From the NCBI RefSeq assembly GCF_965233445.1, contig NZ_OZ247491.1: a stretch of 64,000 nucleotides of DNA; one strand, given 5' to 3'. The notes beneath the pieces were generated by a model. It had not been told where the DNA came from. It saw nothing but the letters and a program-made list of their open reading frames with translations, and made no database searches. Position 1 is the first letter of the stretch; each line of letters opens with the position of its first letter. Shown here one piece after another: positions 43,185 through 54,079 of the stretch. The position numbers and the translations under genes are program-made. The DNA comes from Hoeflea sp. GTDB lineage: Bacteria > Pseudomonadota > Alphaproteobacteria > Rhizobiales > Rhizobiaceae.

Positions 43185-44566
43185 CACGCGGCTCGCTTAC
43201 CGCAAGGGTCCTGTTGCTGGCCACTGTGTGGGCGGTCATCGCGCTTGTGGCCATTGCAGTGGTGATCTCGCAACTCTACCGCAACGGGTCAGAACGCGCT
43301 TTTGCGGAATTGCTGCGCGCGCAGCTCAACAGCGTCATCAACGCGGTCTCGATTGACCCGGACGGGCGGCTTGCCGGCCGCCCGGAACTGGGCGATCTGG
43401 TGTTCGAACAGCCGGGCAGCGGCTGGATCTGGCTGGTGGAGCCGCTCGCAGGCACGGAAGGCCCCAGGCTCGCTTCGGTCTCGATCGGCGATGGCGCGCT
43501 GAACGTGCCACCCCTTGCCGAAATTCCCTTCGACGACCGTTACTTGCGGTTCTATCCGTCCCGCGACAGCTTCGGCAATGCCTTGACAGTTGCCGAAACC
43601 GAGGTCGAACTCGACAGTGACGGCCGGGCGGCGCGGTTTCGGGTTGCAGGCAATCGCGCCGTTCTCAACGCTGAAATCGACGCGTTTTCGCGCAATCTCT
43701 ATTTGGCGCTGGCGCTGTTCGGGATCGGCAGCCTGCTGGTCAATGCGGTGGCGATCCTGATCGGGCTCAGGCCGCTTGACCACGCGCGACAGGCGCTCGG
43801 GCGCATTCGCGCAGGCGAGGCCGACCAGCTCGACGGGGCCTTTCCGCGCGAGATTGCGCCTTTGGCAGGCGAGATCAATGCCCTGATCGACACCAACCGC
43901 CGCGTCGTCGAGCGGGCGCGAATGCAGGTCGGCAATCTGGCACATTCGCTCAAGACGCCGATTGCGGTGCTGATCAACGAGGCGCGCGACATGACCCCGG
44001 CGCATGCGGCTCTGGTGCGCGCGCAGGCCGACACGATGCAGGCACAGGTGCAGACCTATCTCGACCGGGCCCGCATTGCCGCCCAACGCGGCAGCGTTCT
44101 TGCGCGCACCGAAGCCGCGCCGGTGATCGACAGGCTGGTGCGGGTCATGGCGAAACTCAATCCGAATCTTGAGATATCCGCCGATATCGAGCCGCGATCC
44201 GCGCTGCTTGCGGTGGAAAGCCAGGATCTTGAAGAGGCTCTGGGAAACCTGATCGAAAACGCCGCCAAGTTTGCCAGGAACCGCATCACCGTCCGGCTGC
44301 GGCCCATGCGTGATCCGGACGGAAGCGGGCGACGGTTCTTCCGTATCGAGATCGAGGATGATGGTCCCGGACTTGATGAGGCTGAAATGGCTGAGGCGGT
44401 CAAGCGCGGTCGCCGCCTCGACGAGACCAAACCGGGAACCGGTCTGGGACTGTCGATCGTCAACGAAATCGCCACCGAGTACCAGGGCGAATTCGCACTG
44501 GCGCGGGCTGGCTCGGGTGGATTGTCGGCGCGCCTGACATTGCCTGGCCTTGGAACCGAGCCGTGA
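43181..44566 (+). CDS. Sensor histidine kinase (FeuQ-like by synteny)
   Basis: HAMP region, H-box AHSLKTPIAVL, and G-boxes DDGPGL / GTGLGLSIV. Confidence 0.85.
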   Translation: MTRGSLTARVLLLATVWAVIALVAIAVVISQLYRNGSERAFAELLRAQLNSVINAVSIDPDGRLAGRPELGDLVFEQPGSGWIWLVEPLAGTEGPRLASVSIGDGALNVPPLAEIPFDDRYLRFYPSRDSFGNALTVAETEVELDSDGRAARFRVAGNRAVLNAEIDAFSRNLYLALALFGIGSLLVNAVAILIGLRPLDHARQALGRIRAGEADQLDGAFPREIAPLAGEINALIDTNRRVVERARMQVGNLAHSLKTPIAVLINEARDMTPAHAALVRAQADTMQAQVQTYLDRARIAAQRGSVLARTEAAPVIDRLVRVMAKLNPNLEISADIEPRSALLAVESQDLEEALGNLIENAAKFARNRITVRLRPMRDPDGSGRRFFRIEIEDDGPGLDEAEMAEAVKRGRRLDETKPGTGLGLSIVNEIATEYQGEFALARAGSGGLSARLTLPGLGTEP

Positions 44567-44687
44567 GCAATCGGTCACGCGCGAAGGAACCGGACATGCA
44601 GGCTTTTCGTTGCATGGGTATATGGCCACAATGCGGCCACAGCTGCGCGGCAATAGTGTGTCTGCAAACCGGTTTGGTGAGTTGACG

Positions 44688-45182
44688 ATGGTGCGCAAAC
44701 CAGAAGGAAACACGGCGATGGGCAATCTGGCGAGAACTCATGTGAGCCTGACGGGTGCGCTTGCGCTGGCAGTGCTGCTTTCGGGCTGTACCGGGTCGGG
44801 TGGCGTGAAGCCGCTGTCGTTCGGCCCGGTTTCTGCCCCGGTATCGGCCAACCCCCAGCCGGCCGGAAGCGATGCTATTCTCGGGGCTCTCAACGGCGGA
44901 ATCCTGCCCCCTCAAGCGGCCTCGACTTTGTCGCGCGCGGATCGTCTCAGATCGCTGGAAGCCGAGTACCAGGCGCTTGAAAAGACTCCCGGCGGCCAGA
45001 CCGTTGCCTGGAAGGCGCCGGTCGGCCGGACATCGGGCGAGGTCACTGCCGGCACACCCTACCAGGTTGGCCAGCAGAATTGCCGGCAGTACACCCATAA
45101 CGCGCAGATCAACGGGACGCCGGTGACCGGACAGGGCGCAGCCTGCCGCAATCCCGATGGCAGCTGGACACCGCTGAGCTAG
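44688..45182 (+). CDS. Lipoprotein, RT0821/Lpp0805-type surface protein
   Basis: Lipobox LLSGC. C-terminal QNCRQY...GAACRNPDGSW. The start could be 44688 or 44718. Confidence 0.6.
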   Translation: MVRKPEGNTAMGNLARTHVSLTGALALAVLLSGCTGSGGVKPLSFGPVSAPVSANPQPAGSDAILGALNGGILPPQAASTLSRADRLRSLEAEYQALEKTPGGQTVAWKAPVGRTSGEVTAGTPYQVGQQNCRQYTHNAQINGTPVTGQGAACRNPDGSWTPLS

Positions 45183-45345
45183 CCGGCGGTGCGGTATGCC
45201 AGATCTGCGGCGGAGACCTTTGATCCCGCATGATCAGGGCGCTGCCGCACCGGTATGGCTGAAAATGACGCGACCAAACGCCCCATCATTGCCCGCACGA
45301 CCGATTGCAGTTGGAAAACATGCAATGCTCGGATATTGAAGCACC

Positions 45346-46980
45346 ATGTTATTTTGGGTAATCGCAGCCGTCATGACCGCTCTCGTCACCCTCGCCCTGA
45401 TCGGGCCGGTGATGCGCAGCCGCAAGTCCACTTCAGAGGCCCCGGAACTCCATGACATGGAGGTCTACCGCGATCAGCTCGCCGAGGTTGACCGCGATCT
45501 CTCCGACGGACTTATCGACGCTGCCCAGGCCGAGGTTGCGCGCACCGAGATCTCACGTCGGCTGCTCGCGGCGTCGCGCAAGAGCAAGACCGCCGGACCC
45601 TCAGAAGTGAAAAATTCCGGCCTTCGCCGCGCTGCTGCGATCGCTGTCGCGGTGTTCATGCCCGTTGTCGCGGTAACGGCCTATCTCGAACTCGGCCGGC
45701 CCGACCTGCCGCAATTGCCGTTGTCAGCCCGTCTGCAGGCTGATCCGGAAAACACGGACGTCGCCATGCTGGTGTCGCGGGCAGAGAGACACCTGGCTGA
45801 AAACCCGAATGACGGGCGCGGGTGGTCAGTGCTCGGGCCGATCTATGTGCGCCTCGGGCGATTTGACGATGCCGCGGAAGCCTTCCGCAACACGATAGCA
45901 CTTCTAGGACCGACACCCGAACGGCTGGCCAATCTGGGTGAAGCCCTGATTTCCGCCGGTGGAGGCCTCGTGACCGAGGAGGCCAAGCTGGCGTTTCAGA
46001 CCGCGCGCGAGCTCGACCCCAACGATCCGCGTCCGCAATTCTTCCTGGCGATGGGGCTCGCGCAGGCGGGCAAGCAGGCCGAAGCACGTGCGGCCTTTGA
46101 TGCAATGATTTCCTCCGCGCCGGAAGGCGCTCCGTGGATCGCGGCGGTGGAAGCCCAGATTGCAGCCCTCGACCGCCCGGCGGGAACAATTTCCGGTCCG
46201 GTCTCGGGGCCCGCTTCGGGCGGACAGGCCGGGGGCGCAGCAGCTCCGGGCAATCCAACTGCCGCCGACATTGCGGCAGCCAATGACATGAGCCCGGATG
46301 AGCGTCAGGCGATGGTCGCTAGCATGATCCAGAGCCTGGAAGCACGATTGGCGAGCGATCCGGACAATATCGATGGCTGGCTTCGTCTGGTCCGCTCGCA
46401 TGTGGTCATGGGCAACCGGGACAGGGCGCAGGCCGCGCTCGACAGGGCCTTTGCAGTCTTCGCAACCGAGAGTGCCGAGAAACAGTCGCTGAACGCGATC
46501 GCGCGCGAATTTGGCCTGGTGGCCACCTCGACACTGGGTGGCGTTCCCGTGGCGCCGGCGGGTCCCGGCGGTCAGACGGCTCTCGTCGATCCGAAGGTCA
46601 AACCTGCCACGCCGTTTATTCTCGATGGGGCACGGGCCGACCCGCCCGCGGGCACCGGGGCTGACACCGGCGGCGCTGCGGAACCGTCAAGGCCGACACG
46701 GGCCGACATTGCAGAAGCTGCCGCATTGTCGGACGCGGAACGCGGTGAAATGATCCGGGGAATGGTTGCCTCTCTTGACGCCAAGCTCACTGAAAATCCG
46801 GACAATCTCGAGGGCTGGCTGAGGCTTGTGCGGTCCTACGCAGTGCTTGGGGATACCTCGGCCGCAGCATCGGCGTTGCAACGGGCCCAGGCGGCGTTCC
46901 CGGAAGGCTCACAGGGCGGTCAGGCACTCGCAGAACTGGCCAGCGGGCTCGGAATCGCGGTGGAGATGGAGGATCAATGA
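45346..46980 (+). CDS. ccmI: Cytochrome c-type biogenesis protein CcmI (CycH), extended form
   Basis: N-terminal TM plus [19 protein letters not shown], followed by TPR-like repeats. It lies upstream of ccmEFH. Confidence 0.8.
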   Translation: MLFWVIAAVMTALVTLALIGPVMRSRKSTSEAPELHDMEVYRDQLAEVDRDLSDGLIDAAQAEVARTEISRRLLAASRKSKTAGPSEVKNSGLRRAAAIAVAVFMPVVAVTAYLELGRPDLPQLPLSARLQADPENTDVAMLVSRAERHLAENPNDGRGWSVLGPIYVRLGRFDDAAEAFRNTIALLGPTPERLANLGEALISAGGGLVTEEAKLAFQTARELDPNDPRPQFFLAMGLAQAGKQAEARAAFDAMISSAPEGAPWIAAVEAQIAALDRPAGTISGPVSGPASGGQAGGAAAPGNPTAADIAAANDMSPDERQAMVASMIQSLEARLASDPDNIDGWLRLVRSHVVMGNRDRAQAALDRAFAVFATESAEKQSLNAIAREFGLVATSTLGGVPVAPAGPGGQTALVDPKVKPATPFILDGARADPPAGTGADTGGAAEPSRPTRADIAEAAALSDAERGEMIRGMVASLDAKLTENPDNLEGWLRLVRSYAVLGDTSAAASALQRAQAAFPEGSQGGQALAELASGLGIAVEMEDQ

Positions 46981-47468
46981 ACCGGAAGCAGAAGCGACTT
47001 TCGATCATAGCCGCAGGTGCGGTGTTCCTGGCAGGTGCGGCCGCACTTGTGACATCCGCCCTGCGCGAGCAGATCGTGTTTTTCAACTCCCCCACGGATG
47101 TGCTGGCGCAGCCATTGGCTCCGGGCACCCGGGTACGGCTCGGCGGACTGGTCGAGGAAGGTTCGGTCGAGCGCGGAGAAAATTCTGCCGTCACTTTCGC
47201 CGTGACCGACACCAGCGCTTCGGTGAAAGTGCGCTATGTGGGGATATTGCCCGATCTCTTCCGCGAAGGGCAGGGCGTGGTGACGGAAGGTGTTTTCTCG
47301 CCCGAGGAAGGCACGTTCCTGGCCGACACAGTGCTCGCGAAGCATGATGAGAATTACATGCCCAAGGAAGTCGCAGATGCGCTCAAGGCTCAGGGCGTCT
47401 GGCAGGAGGGCGACCCGGTGCCGGGTGTCGGGCAGGGCGGGACGCCGAACGAACCGCAGGGGAATTGA
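46977..47468 (+). CDS. ccmE: Heme chaperone CcmE
   Basis: [12 protein letters not shown] heme-binding His motif. Confidence 0.9.
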   Translation: MNRKQKRLSIIAAGAVFLAGAAALVTSALREQIVFFNSPTDVLAQPLAPGTRVRLGGLVEEGSVERGENSAVTFAVTDTSASVKVRYVGILPDLFREGQGVVTEGVFSPEEGTFLADTVLAKHDENYMPKEVADALKAQGVWQEGDPVPGVGQGGTPNEPQGN

Positions 47469-47505
47469 CCCGGCCGGGGCCACGCAGTGCAGGAGATAGA
47501 ACGTC

Positions 47506-49494
47506 ATGATCACTGAAATCGGCCATTTTGCACTTGTCCTGGCATTGGCGACCGCCCTGGTTCAGTCGGTGGCGCCTCTCGTCGGCGCACGCCGCCGCGA
47601 CACCGGGCTGATGGCGATCGGGCCGATGGCGGCAATAACCTCTCTCATGCTTGTGGCGATTTCGTTCCTGGCGCTGACCCATGCCTATGTCGTCTCGGAT
47701 TTCTCGGTGCAGAATGTGGTCGAGAACTCCCACTCCCTCAAGCCGATGCTCTACAAGATCACCGGGGTCTGGGGGAACCACGAGGGTTCCATGCTCCTGT
47801 GGATCCTGATCCTGGTGCTTTTTTCCGGCCTGGTGGCTCTGTTCGGGCGCAATCTGCCTGACACGCTGAAGGCCAATGTTCTGGCGGTTCAGGGCTGGAT
47901 CACGGTGGCGTTTCTGCTGTTCGTGCTGCTGACCTCGAACCCCTTCATCAGGCTGGATCCGGCCCCGGCGGAGGGCAATGACCTCAACCCGATCCTTCAG
48001 GATATCGGGCTCGCGATCCATCCGCCGCTGCTTTACCTTGGCTATGTCGGGTTTTCGATTTCCTTCGCATTCGCCATCGCCGCGCTCATCGAGGGCCGCA
48101 TCGATGCGGCCTGGGCGCGCTGGGTCCGGCCCTGGACGCTTGCGGCCTGGGTGTTCCTGACCGCAGGCATTTCAATGGGCAGTTACTGGGCCTATTACGA
48201 ACTCGGCTGGGGCGGCTGGTGGTTTTGGGATCCGGTCGAGAATGCATCCTTCATGCCCTGGCTCGTGGGCACCGCGCTGCTGCATTCCGCATTGGTGATG
48301 GAAAAGCGCGAGGCGTTGAAGATCTGGACGGTTCTGCTGGCGATCCTGACCTTCTCGTTCTCGCTGCTTGGCACGTTCCTTGTGCGGTCGGGCGTCCTCA
48401 CCTCGGTGCATGCCTTTGCCACCGATCCCACGCGTGGCGTCTTCATCCTGGGCATTCTGGTGGTGTTCATCGGCGGGGCGCTCGCGCTGTTCGGTCTCAG
48501 GGCCGCATCGCTGAAGGCCGGCGGGATGTTCGCGCCGATCTCGCGGGAAGGGGCGCTCGTCCTCAACAACCTGTTCCTGACCACCGCCGCCGCAACGGTT
48601 CTGATCGGTACGCTTTACCCGCTGCTGCTGGAATCGGTTACCGGAACGAAGATTTCCGTGGGGCCGCCCTTCTTCAACATGACCTTCGGACCTTTGATGA
48701 TCCCGCTGCTTCTGGCAGTGCCCTTCGGGCCCTTGCTGGCATGGAAACGGGGCGATCTGGCAGGTGCCGCGCAGCGGCTTTACTTCGCCGTCGGCGCCTC
48801 GCTTCTGGTCGCGCTGGCCGTGGTGTTCATGAGGACCGGAGCCCCGGTTCTTGCAGGCCTCGGCATCGGGCTCGGCGTCTATCTCATCCTCGGATCCCTG
48901 ACCGATCTCGCGCTGCGCTCGGGCATCGGCCGGGTCGGTGCAAGCGTGGCGTTCGCACGGCTTGCCGGGTTGCCGCGTTCGGCCTTCGGGGCCGCCTTCG
49001 CCCACATGGGTCTCGGGATCACGGTGATCGGCGTGGTTGCGGTCAGCGTGTTTTCCACCGAGACGGTGGTTGCGATGAAGCCCGGCGATACTGTCGAGGC
49101 CGGCGGCTACCAGGTCCGGTTCGAAGGCATCCGCGACTATGCCGGACCGAATTACACGTCCCAGTCCGGCGAATTCACCATTCTGAGCGGCGGCGTCGCG
49201 GTGGACCAGACGGCCTCGGCCAAACGCTTCTATGCCGCTCGCGGCATGCCCACGACGGAAGCGGGCATCCTGACCTTCGGCGCCAGCCAGCTCTACATCG
49301 CCCTCGGAGATGCCGAAGCCAATGGCGGTCTCGTTGTCCGGGTCTGGTGGAAGTCCTGGGTGACCTTCATCTGGTACGGCACGGTCCTGATGGTGATCGG
49401 CGGCGTGCTCTCGCTGCTCGACCGTCGTCTGCGCATCGGCGCGCCGAACAGGGCCAGGGCCCGCACCAAGACCGCAGCCGAGGCCGCGGCATGA
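47506..49494 (+). CDS. ccmF: Heme lyase CcmF
   Basis: [14 protein letters not shown] tryptophan-rich motif, 662 aa, polytopic. Confidence 0.9.
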   Translation: MITEIGHFALVLALATALVQSVAPLVGARRRDTGLMAIGPMAAITSLMLVAISFLALTHAYVVSDFSVQNVVENSHSLKPMLYKITGVWGNHEGSMLLWILILVLFSGLVALFGRNLPDTLKANVLAVQGWITVAFLLFVLLTSNPFIRLDPAPAEGNDLNPILQDIGLAIHPPLLYLGYVGFSISFAFAIAALIEGRIDAAWARWVRPWTLAAWVFLTAGISMGSYWAYYELGWGGWWFWDPVENASFMPWLVGTALLHSALVMEKREALKIWTVLLAILTFSFSLLGTFLVRSGVLTSVHAFATDPTRGVFILGILVVFIGGALALFGLRAASLKAGGMFAPISREGALVLNNLFLTTAAATVLIGTLYPLLLESVTGTKISVGPPFFNMTFGPLMIPLLLAVPFGPLLAWKRGDLAGAAQRLYFAVGASLLVALAVVFMRTGAPVLAGLGIGLGVYLILGSLTDLALRSGIGRVGASVAFARLAGLPRSAFGAAFAHMGLGITVIGVVAVSVFSTETVVAMKPGDTVEAGGYQVRFEGIRDYAGPNYTSQSGEFTILSGGVAVDQTASAKRFYAARGMPTTEAGILTFGASQLYIALGDAEANGGLVVRVWWKSWVTFIWYGTVLMVIGGVLSLLDRRLRIGAPNRARARTKTAAEAAA

Positions 49495-50021
49495 CGCTTG
49501 CGGCACGAATTCAGGCCGTGAAGTCTGCAGCCGGCACGGCCGCGATGCGGCTGATGGCTGTGATGCTCCTTGCGTTGGCTCTCGTGTCTCCGGCTGCGGC
49601 GGTCAACCCGGACGAGGTGCTGGACGATCCGAGGCTCGAGCAGCGCGCCCGCGACCTCTCGCTCAATCTGAGGTGCCTGGTCTGCCAGAACCAGTCGATC
49701 GACGATTCCAACGCGGAGCTTGCGCGGGACCTTCGTCTTCTGGTGCGCGAGCGTCTGGAGGCCGGAGACAGCGACGAGGAGGTCATCGACTACATCGTCT
49801 CGCGTTACGGCGAGTTCGTCCTGCTGACGCCGCGCCTTTCGTTTCAGACAGTGCTTCTGTGGGGCGCACCGGTGCTGATCCTGCTGATTGGCGGTGGCAT
49901 CATGATGACCTACGCGCGCGGTCGCGGGAAGGCCACAGTCACGCCGGGAACAACGGTCCTGAGCGAGGCCGAGCAGGCCGAACTCGCGAAAGTGTTGGAA
50001 GACCGTGATCGCCGCTCCTGA
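49491..50021 (+). CDS. ccmH: Cytochrome c-type biogenesis protein CcmH (CycL)
   Basis: [16 protein letters not shown] motif. The ATG overlaps the ccmF stop. Confidence 0.9.
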   Translation: MTLAARIQAVKSAAGTAAMRLMAVMLLALALVSPAAAVNPDEVLDDPRLEQRARDLSLNLRCLVCQNQSIDDSNAELARDLRLLVRERLEAGDSDEEVIDYIVSRYGEFVLLTPRLSFQTVLLWGAPVLILLIGGGIMMTYARGRGKATVTPGTTVLSEAEQAELAKVLEDRDRRS

Positions 50022-50057
50022 TATGCATGCTCCTGACCAGGCAATAAGGAGCGCCTC

Positions 50058-51296
50058 ATGACCGCACACACCATCCGGGCCGAATTCGAAGGTCATTCTG
50101 GCGCGACCCTTTCCGCGAGGCTCGATCTTCCCGCAGGAGCGATACGGGCATGGGCGATCTTTGCCCATTGCTTCACCTGTTCGAAGGACACGCTTGCCGC
50201 CCGACGCATTTCCGGCGAGCTGGCCAAGGCGGGCATTGCGGTGATGCGGTTCGACTTCACCGGCCTTGGGTCGAGTGACGGTGAATTCGCCTCGACCAAT
50301 TTCTCATCCAACGTTGCGGACCTCAAAGCGGCCGCGGAATGGCTGGCGAAGCACTATTCGGCGCCCGCAATCCTGATCGGCCATTCCTTGGGTGGGGCAG
50401 CCGTTCTGGCCGTGGCCGGCGATCTGGCTTCGGTGAAGGCGGTGGCGACCCTGGGCGCGCCCTCCGAGGCGAGCCATGTGATCCACAATTTCGGCCAGCA
50501 TGTCGATGAGATTGCCGAGCAGGGGGAGGCGGAGGTCACTCTTGGCGGCCGCACCTTCAGGATCCAGCAGCAGTTCGTCGAGGATCTGAACGCCGCCGCG
50601 CTCACGGACCGGATCGGACGCATGAAAAAGGCGCTTCTGGTCCTGCACGCACCGCGTGACGAGGTGGTCGGCATCGACAACGCCAGCGCGATCTTCACCG
50701 CGGCCAAGCATCCCAAGAGCTTCGTCTCGCTCGATGGCGCCGATCATCTTCTTACAAATTCGGCTGATGCCAACTATGCCGCAGGCGTCATCGCCTCCTG
50801 GGCTGCGCGCTACCTTGCCGATGAGGCGCCCCGCAATGACCATCAGCCTGTGGAGCACGTGCTGGTCGGGGAGACCGGTCAGGGCCGGTTTCAGGTCTCC
50901 GTGCAGGCCGGGCCGCACAGGTTTCTCGCCGATGAGCCGGCCAGCGTCGGTGGCTCGGACACCGGTCCCACGCCTTACGATCTTGTTTCCGCGGGCCTTG
51001 GCGCCTGCACCGCGATGACGCTGAGAATGTATGCCCGCCACAAGAACATCGACCTCGGCCTTGTCAGTGTAGCCGTCAGCCACAGCAAGATCCACATGAA
51101 GGACTGCCTGGACTGCACCGACGAGCAGCGGGCGGGAAAGGGTCGGATCGACCGTTTCGAGCGCGTGATTTCGGTCGACGGCGGAGTGCCCGCGGAACTC
51201 GCCGACAAGATCCTGGAAATTGCCGACAAGTGCCCGGTCCACCGGACGCTGGAACATGATGCGAAAATCGCGACCCGGCTGGAGCAGGCCGGGTAG
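50058..51296 (+). CDS. Bifunctional alpha/beta hydrolase / OsmC family protein
   Basis: GHSLGG nucleophile elbow in the N-terminal half. OsmC-like C-terminal half (GLGACTAMTLRMYA, CPVHRTL). Confidence 0.8.
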   Translation: MTAHTIRAEFEGHSGATLSARLDLPAGAIRAWAIFAHCFTCSKDTLAARRISGELAKAGIAVMRFDFTGLGSSDGEFASTNFSSNVADLKAAAEWLAKHYSAPAILIGHSLGGAAVLAVAGDLASVKAVATLGAPSEASHVIHNFGQHVDEIAEQGEAEVTLGGRTFRIQQQFVEDLNAAALTDRIGRMKKALLVLHAPRDEVVGIDNASAIFTAAKHPKSFVSLDGADHLLTNSADANYAAGVIASWAARYLADEAPRNDHQPVEHVLVGETGQGRFQVSVQAGPHRFLADEPASVGGSDTGPTPYDLVSAGLGACTAMTLRMYARHKNIDLGLVSVAVSHSKIHMKDCLDCTDEQRAGKGRIDRFERVISVDGGVPAELADKILEIADKCPVHRTLEHDAKIATRLEQAG

Positions 51297-51531
51297 ACCG
51301 AACATCACGCGGCGGCTTCCGCAGCCTATTGTTGTTTCAGCAAGATCAAAGGCTTGAGCCAGGCCGAAGGCGCCTGCAGAGGCGCGGCCGCTGGCATTGT
51401 GGCGGCAACGGGGCGCCCAACATTACAAAGGTTTAATGAACCGGAAAGCTTGTCGTAAGCGAACACACCCTATGTGTCATTGCCAAGAGCCGGGCACCCG
51501 GCCTTGAGACAAGAACACAAGAGGATGAGAC

Positions 51532-53130
51532 ATGTCGCAATCCCCCCAGACCAACGAATCCACCAAGACCAGGACCCCGGGCAAGATGATCAAGGGCTTC
51601 CTGGGAACCACCGCGATTGCAGGCGTCGCCGCCGCGATGCTGGCGACCGGCCTTCCGGCTCCGGTGACTGGCGCATTTGCCGACGCCGTTCGCGTCGAGG
51701 CGCCGCAGGCTCCGAGCTTCGCAGATGTGGTTCAGGCCGTTTCTCCGGCCGTCGTCTCGGTTCGCGTGCAGGCCGAGGTCAAGCCGGTCTCCAATGACGG
51801 TCCGTTCAATTTCAACTTCAACGGCCGTAGCTTTGACGACCTTCCCGACGACCACCCGATGAAGCGCTTCTTCGATGAATTCAGCCGCGGCTTCGGCGGC
51901 GAGTCCGATCGCGATGACCGTCGTGCGGAGCGCGACCGGCGCGGCCCCGATGGCAAGCGGCGTCCCGGCCGGGTGCGCCCGGTCAGCCAGGGCTCCGGCT
52001 TCTTCATCTCCGAGGACGGCATGCTCGTGACCAACAACCACGTCGTCGAGAACGGCTCCGCCTTCACCGTGATCATGGATGACGGCACCGAACTCGATGC
52101 CAAGCTGGTCGGCCGCGACAGCCGTACAGATCTGGCCGTGCTCAAGGTCGAGGAAGCCCGCGAATTCACCTATGTCGACTTTGCCGATGACAGCAAGGTA
52201 CGCGTGGGTGACTGGGTCGTGGCCGTCGGCAACCCCTTCGGTCTCGGCGGCAGCGTGACCGCCGGCATCGTCTCGGCGCGTGGCCGTGACATCGGTGCAG
52301 GCCCCTACGACGACTTCATCCAGGTCGATGCAGCGGTCAACCGCGGCAACTCGGGCGGTCCGACCTTCAACCTCAACGGTGAAGTCATCGGCATCAACAC
52401 CGCGATTTTCTCGCCGTCGGGCGGCAATGTCGGCATTGCGTTTGCCATTCCCGCGTCAACGGCCCGCGCGGTGATCCGCGATCTGATCGACGACGGAACG
52501 GTCGAGCGCGGCTGGCTCGGTGTCCAGATCCAGCCGGTAACCGCCGACATCGCGGAATCGCTCGGTCTTGCCGAAGCGCAGGGCGCACTGGTCACGGAAC
52601 CGCAGTCTGACGCGCCGGCAGCAAAGGCCGGCATCGAAGCCGGTGACGTTGTCACCGCTGTCGATGGGGAAGCCGTTGAAGGTCCGCGTGAACTGGCGAA
52701 GAAGATCGCCGGCATCGAACCGGGCAAGACCACCGAAATCACCGTGTGGCGCAACGGCGAGAGCCAGACCATCGAGGTCGAGCTCGGCACGTTGCCCACG
52801 GAGACCGCGGCCCTGACCACCGATGATCAGGATGAACCCAGCGCTCCGCAGGCGGAAGCCACGCTGGACGACTTCGGCCTCACCGTGGTCCCCGCTGAAA
52901 ACGGCCGGGGCCTGCTGATCACCTCGGTCGCAGCCGACAGCGCTGCCGAAGAGCGTGGTTTGCGCGCCGGCGACGTGATCGTCGCGGTCAACAACCAGGA
53001 CGTCTCCGATGCCTCCGACGTGGTCGGCATCATCGACAGTGCAGCCAGCGACGGCCGCAAGGCGGCCTTGTTCCAGGTGGAAAACGAGAACCGTTCGCGC
53101 TTCGTCGCCCTGCCGATCGACCAGGGCTGA
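51532..53130 (+). CDS. degP: Do/DegP family periplasmic serine endoprotease
   Basis: Catalytic GNSGGP, His context VTNNHVV, and two PDZ-like segments. Confidence 0.9.
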   Translation: MSQSPQTNESTKTRTPGKMIKGFLGTTAIAGVAAAMLATGLPAPVTGAFADAVRVEAPQAPSFADVVQAVSPAVVSVRVQAEVKPVSNDGPFNFNFNGRSFDDLPDDHPMKRFFDEFSRGFGGESDRDDRRAERDRRGPDGKRRPGRVRPVSQGSGFFISEDGMLVTNNHVVENGSAFTVIMDDGTELDAKLVGRDSRTDLAVLKVEEAREFTYVDFADDSKVRVGDWVVAVGNPFGLGGSVTAGIVSARGRDIGAGPYDDFIQVDAAVNRGNSGGPTFNLNGEVIGINTAIFSPSGGNVGIAFAIPASTARAVIRDLIDDGTVERGWLGVQIQPVTADIAESLGLAEAQGALVTEPQSDAPAAKAGIEAGDVVTAVDGEAVEGPRELAKKIAGIEPGKTTEITVWRNGESQTIEVELGTLPTETAALTTDDQDEPSAPQAEATLDDFGLTVVPAENGRGLLITSVAADSAAEERGLRAGDVIVAVNNQDVSDASDVVGIIDSAASDGRKAALFQVENENRSRFVALPIDQG

Positions 53131-53394
53131 GCCCTGACACGAGATCCGGCGCGGACATGATCCGTGCCGGATGTTCCGGGCGCGATGCCGGTATCCCCCC
53201 CGATCAGGCGCGCCCGGAACATAGCCCAAGCGATCTGACCTCCCGCCGTCCCCCGGTGACCAGACGCAGGCAACAACGTCGGCAGGCCTGCCACCGCGCT
53301 TGCCTGCCGCACATTTTTTCAGCTGCCCGGTGCGCTTGACTTGACCCGATGCGCCGGGCATGCCCGGAAGGTCAGTGCTGTCAGGGCTCTCCTC

Positions 53395-54072
53395 ATGAAA
53401 ATACTCATCATCGAAGACGATCTCGAAACCGCGGCCTACCTCTCCCGCGCCTTCCGGGAGGCGGGCATCACGGTGGACCATGCGAGTGATGGCGATTCCG
53501 GTTTCTTTCTGGCCTCCGAAAACAGCTATGACGCCCTGGTGGTCGACCGCATGCTGCCCAAGCGGGACGGGCTCTCGATCATCAGCGAGTTGCGCCGCAA
53601 CGGCGACGATACCCCGGCTCTCATTCTGTCCGCCCTCGGCCAGGTCGACGACCGGGTCACCGGCCTGCGCGCCGGCGGCGATGATTATCTGACCAAGCCC
53701 TACGCTTTTTCCGAACTGCTGGCCCGTATCGAGATCCTGGGTCGCCGCAAGGGTGCGCGCGATCAGGAGACCACCTACCGGGTCGGCGATCTCGAACTCG
53801 ATCGCCTGAGCCACGAGGTGCGCCGTGCCGGTCAGCCGATCCCGCTGCAGCCACGCGAGTACCGTCTGCTGGAATATCTCATGAAGAACGCCGGGCAGGT
53901 GGTGACGCGCACCATGCTTCTCGAGCACGTCTGGGATTATCACTTCGACCCGCAGACCAACGTGATCGACGTTCATATCTCGCGGCTGAGATCGAAGATC
54001 GAAAAGGATTTCGGCGAGCCGCTGCTCAGGACCGTGCGCGGTGCGGGCTACATGATGAAGGCGGGTGGATGA
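53395..54072 (+). CDS. OmpR-family response regulator
   Basis: MKILIIEDD..., LVVDRMLPKRDG, and a winged-helix C-terminus. Confidence 0.85.
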   Translation: MKILIIEDDLETAAYLSRAFREAGITVDHASDGDSGFFLASENSYDALVVDRMLPKRDGLSIISELRRNGDDTPALILSALGQVDDRVTGLRAGGDDYLTKPYAFSELLARIEILGRRKGARDQETTYRVGDLELDRLSHEVRRAGQPIPLQPREYRLLEYLMKNAGQVVTRTMLLEHVWDYHFDPQTNVIDVHISRLRSKIEKDFGEPLLRTVRGAGYMMKAGG

Positions 54073-54079
54073 GCGCGCC

